Shown here: positions 60,901 to 64,000 of the stretch, in pieces
Layout: the number at the start of each line of letters is the position of its first letter
Position numbering within the stretch: the stretch's first letter is position 1
DNA from: Bacteroidota bacterium
GTDB taxonomy: Bacteria > Bacteroidota > Bacteroidia > B-17B0 > Aurantibacillaceae
NCBI GenBank assembly: GCA_013298715.1
Contig: JAAFIQ010000006.1
Location: 96,080-160,079, forward strand
Direction of reading: 5' to 3'
DNA: 64,000 nucleotides
The notes under the pieces: model-generated
Seen by the model: the letters and a program-made list of their open reading frames with translations, nothing else
Database searches by the model: none
Told to the model about the DNA's origin: nothing
Translations under genes and position numbers: made by a program

Positions 60901-63900
60901 TTGAATTACAACGACTCTAAAAATTTTGAATACAACAATTACCAAAGCGCCAGTGCAAAAGAATTAAAAAATCAAGCAGATGCTAAGGTCGAAGAGGTTA
61001 ATGGTATTCAAAATAAGTTGAAAGAAACGATTGCTTCAGCAAAAAATGAATTAGCAAAAAATAATAGTTCAGCTAATAGCACTGTTTCTGACAAAACACC
61101 AAATGAATTGAACAAAGATGCAGAAGATTTAACTAATCTGTCTATAGAAAAATTGGATGCTGCTAAAACAAAAGAAGGCGAAGAAAAAAAGAAATTATTA
61201 AAAGAGAGCGATGATTTGCAAAAACAATCAAACGAAAAAAGTTTGCAAGCATCAATTGTAATTGCAAGCGATAACAAATCAATCTACCAAACTAATAACG
61301 AAAATATTGATGCTTTACTGAAAGATGATAAAGCAACCGAGGCAGATAAAACACTTGCAAAAACACTAAACGATGAGGCTAAGTTAGCATTTACACAAGC
61401 CAAAGCCATGCGCGAAGAGGCAAATTCACAAACCAATATTGGAGCTAAATTAGGAGGCTATACTAACGCTGAAGAAAAGGAAGCTGAAGGATTAGCGAAG
61501 CAAAAAAAGGCAGTTGACTTATTAAAAAATGCAAATGTAAATTTCACATTAAAAGAGCCACTAACATCAGTAACTGCTAAAAACAAAACTAGCGGTGCAA
61601 ACAATGGAGCAACCGATAATGCCAACACAAGTAAAGAACAAATTGCCAACGTAAATAAATCGCTTACAGATTTACTCGTTGCTAAAAAAGACGCTTACAC
61701 TAAATTATCGGATGCCAATCAAACAGAGGCACAGAGCTTAATTGAGACAATTAGTACAAATCAGACGGTGCTCAATAATAATCCAGCCTTAAAATCAGAG
61801 TTTGTAACTGCAAACACTAAATTAGAAAACGCTAAAACACAAAAACAAAATGCATACAATGCAACTAACGAAAGTGAAAAAGTAAATAACCTAATTAATG
61901 CTACCAAAAAAGAAATTGAAGCTATTAACGCATTGAATAAATTAAATGCGAAGCTGGTTGCTCAAGCTAGTAAAAATGCAATTGCTTCAAACAATGGCTC
62001 TCAAGGAACAAAAAGCAACTTAGGTTCAAACGATAACAATGGTTCTGCTAACAATAACGGCGGAAATAATGGCTCGCAAGGAACAAAAGGCAATTCAGGT
62101 TCAAGCGATAACAACGGTTCTGCTAACAATAATGTTGGAAACAATGGCTCGCAAGGTACGAAGGGCAATACAGGTTCTAACGATAACAACGGTTCTGTAA
62201 CCAATAATGGCGGAAACAATGATACACAAGGAACTAAAGGCAATTCTGGATCAACTGATAATAACGGTTCTACAACCAATAATGACGGAAACAATGGTAC
62301 GAAAGGAACAAAAGGCAATTCAGGATCAACTGATAATAACGGTTCTATAACCAATAATGGCGGAAACAATGGCACACAAGGAACTAAAGTTAATGATAAC
62401 AATTTAGGAAGCGCAATAAATACGCCAACAATTCCATTAATAGATGTAAAAGAAGTTGCAAAAAATGATACCACAGCCACTCAAGCTTTAAGCTATGCGA
62501 AAACGAATGCTGTTATGTTTACAAACCAAGGGGCTAAAGCCACAATTAGCAATGCCCTTGCTGATATTGAAGCCACACAAAAAGATATTACAAATTTAAG
62601 TAATACACCAAATGAGGTGGCTAATAACAACACTTCAAATCCTGAAGAATTAAAAACAAAAGCTAATGATTTAATTAGCAAAGCGGATGAGTTAAGCGTA
62701 AAAGCATTCGATTTAAAAACGGAGGCAAATTCTAAACAAGGAGAAGAAAAACAAAAATTATTAGATGAAGCTGAAAAACTAGAAACAGATGCTATGAACA
62801 AAAAAATGGAAGCCTCCGTATTCAGTGAACAAAGTATTAAAATAGTTACAACTACAAATAACCAAGCAATTGGCGATATGCTTAAATCCTTAAAAACAGA
62901 TAATCCAGATTTAGCAAATGTGTTAGAACAAAAAAATAATGACATTGCAACGTTGGCAAAACAGGTAGTTGCTTTAAGAGAAGAAGCAAATGCAATACCA
63001 AATGGAAAAGCAAAACTAGGAGCACTTAGTAATGTTGAAGAAAAAGAATTAGAATTAATTCAAAAACAAAGCAATTTAATTAACGAACTTAAAAAAACAT
63101 ATCCAAACTATGTAATGCCTGCAAATGTTGGTGTTTCAACTACTAACGCTAACTTAACACCCGAACAAAAACAACAAAAACAAACCGAGCTTGTTACAAA
63201 ACAAAATACAGCTTTAGTTAATTTGGTAAACGGTTATAGTTTAGAATACGAGGCTCAAAAAGTTAATACACCACAAAATTTAGACGAGAATCAAAAAACG
63301 GTAAAACAAAATGCAGATGATTTAAATTCAGAAGCAAAACGATTACTTATTCAATCTATACAAGCTCCTAACGAAACTGAAAAAAATAAAATGCTTGCAA
63401 AGGCAGCAAAATTAAATAGTGCAGCGCTTTTACAATTAAGTAGCTTGAACAAACAAAAAAATAACAAAGGAACAACAAATGGAGGTATTGCTACAAACGT
63501 TGGTAATAATCCAAAAAATAACAACGCAACTAACGGAGGAACTAACCCAAGAAATAACAATCCTGCCAATAGTAATGCTGGCGCTGGAACCAATCCAAGG
63601 AACAACAATCCGACAAATAACGGAAATAACGCTGGCAACAATCCTAGAAATAATGGAGGCACAACTAACAATGTGGCAGCAAATCCTCGCAACAATGGAG
63701 GAGCAGCTCAGGTAAAGGTAGAAGGCTTGGAGGTTATTCGTGGTAATGCCTACAACGAAACCAAACCAATACCAATGAATGCGCCAATTCCAGATGGTTT
63801 GGTGTTTAGAGTTCAAATTGGTGCATTTAAAGTTGCGCTTCCAAACAATGCGTTTAAAGGTTTAAATCCGCTTAATGGTGAAACCACACCAAATGGTTAT

Positions 63901-64000
63901 ATTAGATACACTGCTGGTAATTTTAATAAATTAGAAAATGCAAACGCTGTAAAAAATGATTTACGCAATTTAGGTTATAACGATGCCTTTGTTGTTGTGT
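57979..64000 (+). CDS. giant envelope protein: TPR + PD40/TolB-like + CarbopepD_reg-like region, ~1400-aa repetitive coiled coil, C-terminal SPOR domain (3' end off window)
   Basis: Frame 1 read codon by codon at nine spot-checked stretches of 40-60 nt (near 57979, 58741, 59401, 60601, 61501, 62041, 63001, 63421 and 63961) with no stop. The ORF is absent from the track because no stop lies in the window, giving at least 2007 codons. N-terminus has a signal/anchor, TPRs, and PD40-like DEDYPFLHPNGKTLYFAS / INSPDDDYLFV. The end reads FRVQIGAFKVALPNNAF...YIRYTAGNFNKLENANAVKNDLRNLGYNDAFVV, a SPOR pattern. Confidence 0.85.
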   Translation, partial: MVGLNRLTNILLSKAKFVKIACLLLFLVSYSPLFAQTSVEDTKKQANNYFEEEEYNLAYKLYAQLVSNFSKDIELNYRLGVCMIYSEPDKKKCLPYLKFAAASGEAPKEAKFYLGKAYHINYLFDEAIKAYNDYKKIGSSSNQKKLQVDREIKACGNGKRLLSNLSDLEVQSKKELNEADYFRTYDLKSIGGKLLVKPDDFKTGADKRKKDKSVVYVPRKGDRVYFSSYGDNTDNGRDIFYKTRLPNGTYSQAVKVKGINTEFDEDYPFLHPNGKTLYFASKGFNSMGGYDIFKSTYNEGSDSWSMPENLEFPINSPDDDYLFVTDSLEKIAFFSTGRQSMPGKIDVLKVKTERKPIDLMVLKGTVLKENPDQSLLSKILIKNIDNGAELGTFNAEDNGDYLLDLPNGAKLLFTVETPGLKTQSQGISLPMVQTSRPFKQAISYEKGILKIINYFEEAPSEDSYLQYLKLIENKAKLDVNSGKNNLTSTNNGVPVNTNTNTATVANKNGGTSTNASNSNTNTTSGNTIATATKTNSTTNSNTVSASGAGLNNKELSTLAKKDAEESKKEAEQFTSDANDALELGETKKIEAEKKIANANEELKKIESITNEEEKNKATQNAIAIKNEGEKELEAATKIITYANNLKEDAGNKIKEADLNNQYANELEKVINSKNPSKESLTKLESLQKEIEKVSAIKNKSENFIGDAKNEQEEKEKEITAIETNISVGKQNLNEINNEIKTTEEELSKAKKKNKAEIQTKLDELKADKIEKEKQIATNENKLSILKGDLAGINNQLEMANKIKNETISTKPSTVAIASTNSTNTSGTAIAKDGVSPTVEKNTVTLYSVQNKYQYKVNTIDINNKTSINENTTAFKNYNKEIDAAIAKNKIELGKAKSSNDKTFISDNIKLLEETKSNNQQQIIANNKALIELNNNTAVTSNSTTPSNTASITLIQVSATDSKGAINELDKLNNGLNYNDSKNFEYNNYQSASAKELKNQADAKVEEVNGIQNKLKETIASAKNELAKNNSSANSTVSDKTPNELNKDAEDLTNLSIEKLDAAKTKEGEEKKKLLKESDDLQKQSNEKSLQASIVIASDNKSIYQTNNENIDALLKDDKATEADKTLAKTLNDEAKLAFTQAKAMREEANSQTNIGAKLGGYTNAEEKEAEGLAKQKKAVDLLKNANVNFTLKEPLTSVTAKNKTSGANNGATDNANTSKEQIANVNKSLTDLLVAKKDAYTKLSDANQTEAQSLIETISTNQTVLNNNPALKSEFVTANTKLENAKTQKQNAYNATNESEKVNNLINATKKEIEAINALNKLNAKLVAQASKNAIASNNGSQGTKSNLGSNDNNGSANNNGGNNGSQGTKGNSGSSDNNGSANNNVGNNGSQGTKGNTGSNDNNGSVTNNGGNNDTQGTKGNSGSTDNNGSTTNNDGNNGTKGTKGNSGSTDNNGSITNNGGNNGTQGTKVNDNNLGSAINTPTIPLIDVKEVAKNDTTATQALSYAKTNAVMFTNQGAKATISNALADIEATQKDITNLSNTPNEVANNNTSNPEELKTKANDLISKADELSVKAFDLKTEANSKQGEEKQKLLDEAEKLETDAMNKKMEASVFSEQSIKIVTTTNNQAIGDMLKSLKTDNPDLANVLEQKNNDIATLAKQVVALREEANAIPNGKAKLGALSNVEEKELELIQKQSNLINELKKTYPNYVMPANVGVSTTNANLTPEQKQQKQTELVTKQNTALVNLVNGYSLEYEAQKVNTPQNLDENQKTVKQNADDLNSEAKRLLIQSIQAPNETEKNKMLAKAAKLNSAALLQLSSLNKQKNNKGTTNGGIATNVGNNPKNNNATNGGTNPRNNNPANSNAGAGTNPRNNNPTNNGNNAGNNPRNNGGTTNNVAANPRNNGGAAQVKVEGLEVIRGNAYNETKPIPMNAPIPDGLVFRVQIGAFKVALPNNAFKGLNPLNGETTPNGYIRYTAGNFNKLENANAVKNDLRNLGYNDAFVVV
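61990..62391 (+). repeat. 5.4 tandem copies of a 75-nt (25-aa) in-frame repeat
   Basis: Unit NNGSQGTKGNSGS[ST]DNNGS.[TN]NN.G. Unit starts are at 61990, 62065, 62140, 62215, 62290 and 62365 (partial). Confidence 0.9.
63505..63702 (+). repeat. Asn-rich degenerate repeat (NP[KR]NN x5)
   Basis: Reads NPKNNNATNGGT NPRNNNPANSNAGAGT NPRNNNPTNNGNNAGN NPRNNGGTTNNVAA NPRNNGG, immediately N-terminal to the SPOR domain. Confidence 0.7.

Noticed and set aside
59367-63816. Minus-strand ORFs in the track at 59367-59825, 59898-60221, 61008-61277, 61458-61649, 62001-62480, 62493-62945, 63351-63695 and 63436-63816, plus plus-strand off-frame ORFs at 58766, 60389 and 63479.
   Set aside because: They all lie inside the giant frame-1 plus-strand ORF and have extreme low-complexity Leu/Phe/Ser/Val compositions (for example repeated EPLLSVDPELPFVP). 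These are mirror images of its Lys/Glu/Asn-rich repeats, so they are shadow ORFs and not genes.
1-64000. CRISPR arrays, rRNA or tRNA genes, transposases or integrases, and canonical defence systems (RM, Abi, CBASS, retron and others).
   Set aside because: I saw no spaced direct-repeat arrays, no T-arm or anticodon-stem patterns in intergenic regions, and no recombinase, reverse transcriptase, methyltransferase or other signature motifs in any ORF of 60 aa or more. The Fic, YhcG and DUF151 nuclease genes are solitary and are not organised as multi-gene systems.

Overview
Low-GC (about one third G+C by eye) chromosome segment from a member of the Bacteroidota. It is probably a Flavobacteriia-like gliding or T9SS-bearing organism: it has T9SS type A and type B C-terminal sorting domains, TAnnTTTG -7 promoter boxes, a DUF4249/TonB-receptor pair and a GH92. 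Most of the window is densely packed housekeeping and envelope genes: split transketolase, ychF, parE, recR, glmM, etfBA, lysA/lysC, pyrR, ferredoxin, a peroxiredoxin, an Omp85-family protein and an MltD-like lytic transglycosylase. I found no rRNA, tRNA, CRISPR array, transposase, integrase or recognisable multi-gene defence system. The non-routine content is as follows. (1) An accessory patch lies at about 24.8-26.8 kb, where the last ~58 nt of glmM are duplicated 1 kb downstream. The copies bracket an ORF6N gene fragment and an orphan 260-aa gene, and are followed by a ~155-nt structured island of 55% GC and a second orphan gene. (2) A gene of at least 2007 codons (57979 to the window end) encodes TPR + PD40 + a long repetitive coiled coil + a SPOR domain, with 5.4 tandem 75-nt repeats. 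(3) A tightly coupled cassette encodes YceI, a DinB-like protein, an NRDE protein (Cys2) and an ATP-grasp protein; its function is unknown. (4) Several regulatory or gene-structure oddities occur. A perfect TTGAT-N4-ATCAA box lies between a Crp/Fnr gene and its neighbour. A 26-bp perfect palindrome lies upstream of a class II Fic gene. A TonB receptor has its signal peptide upstream of any ATG/GTG/TTG. A TPR sensor ends right at the start of its expected PP2C domain. All family assignments come from motif recognition by eye; no database search was run.
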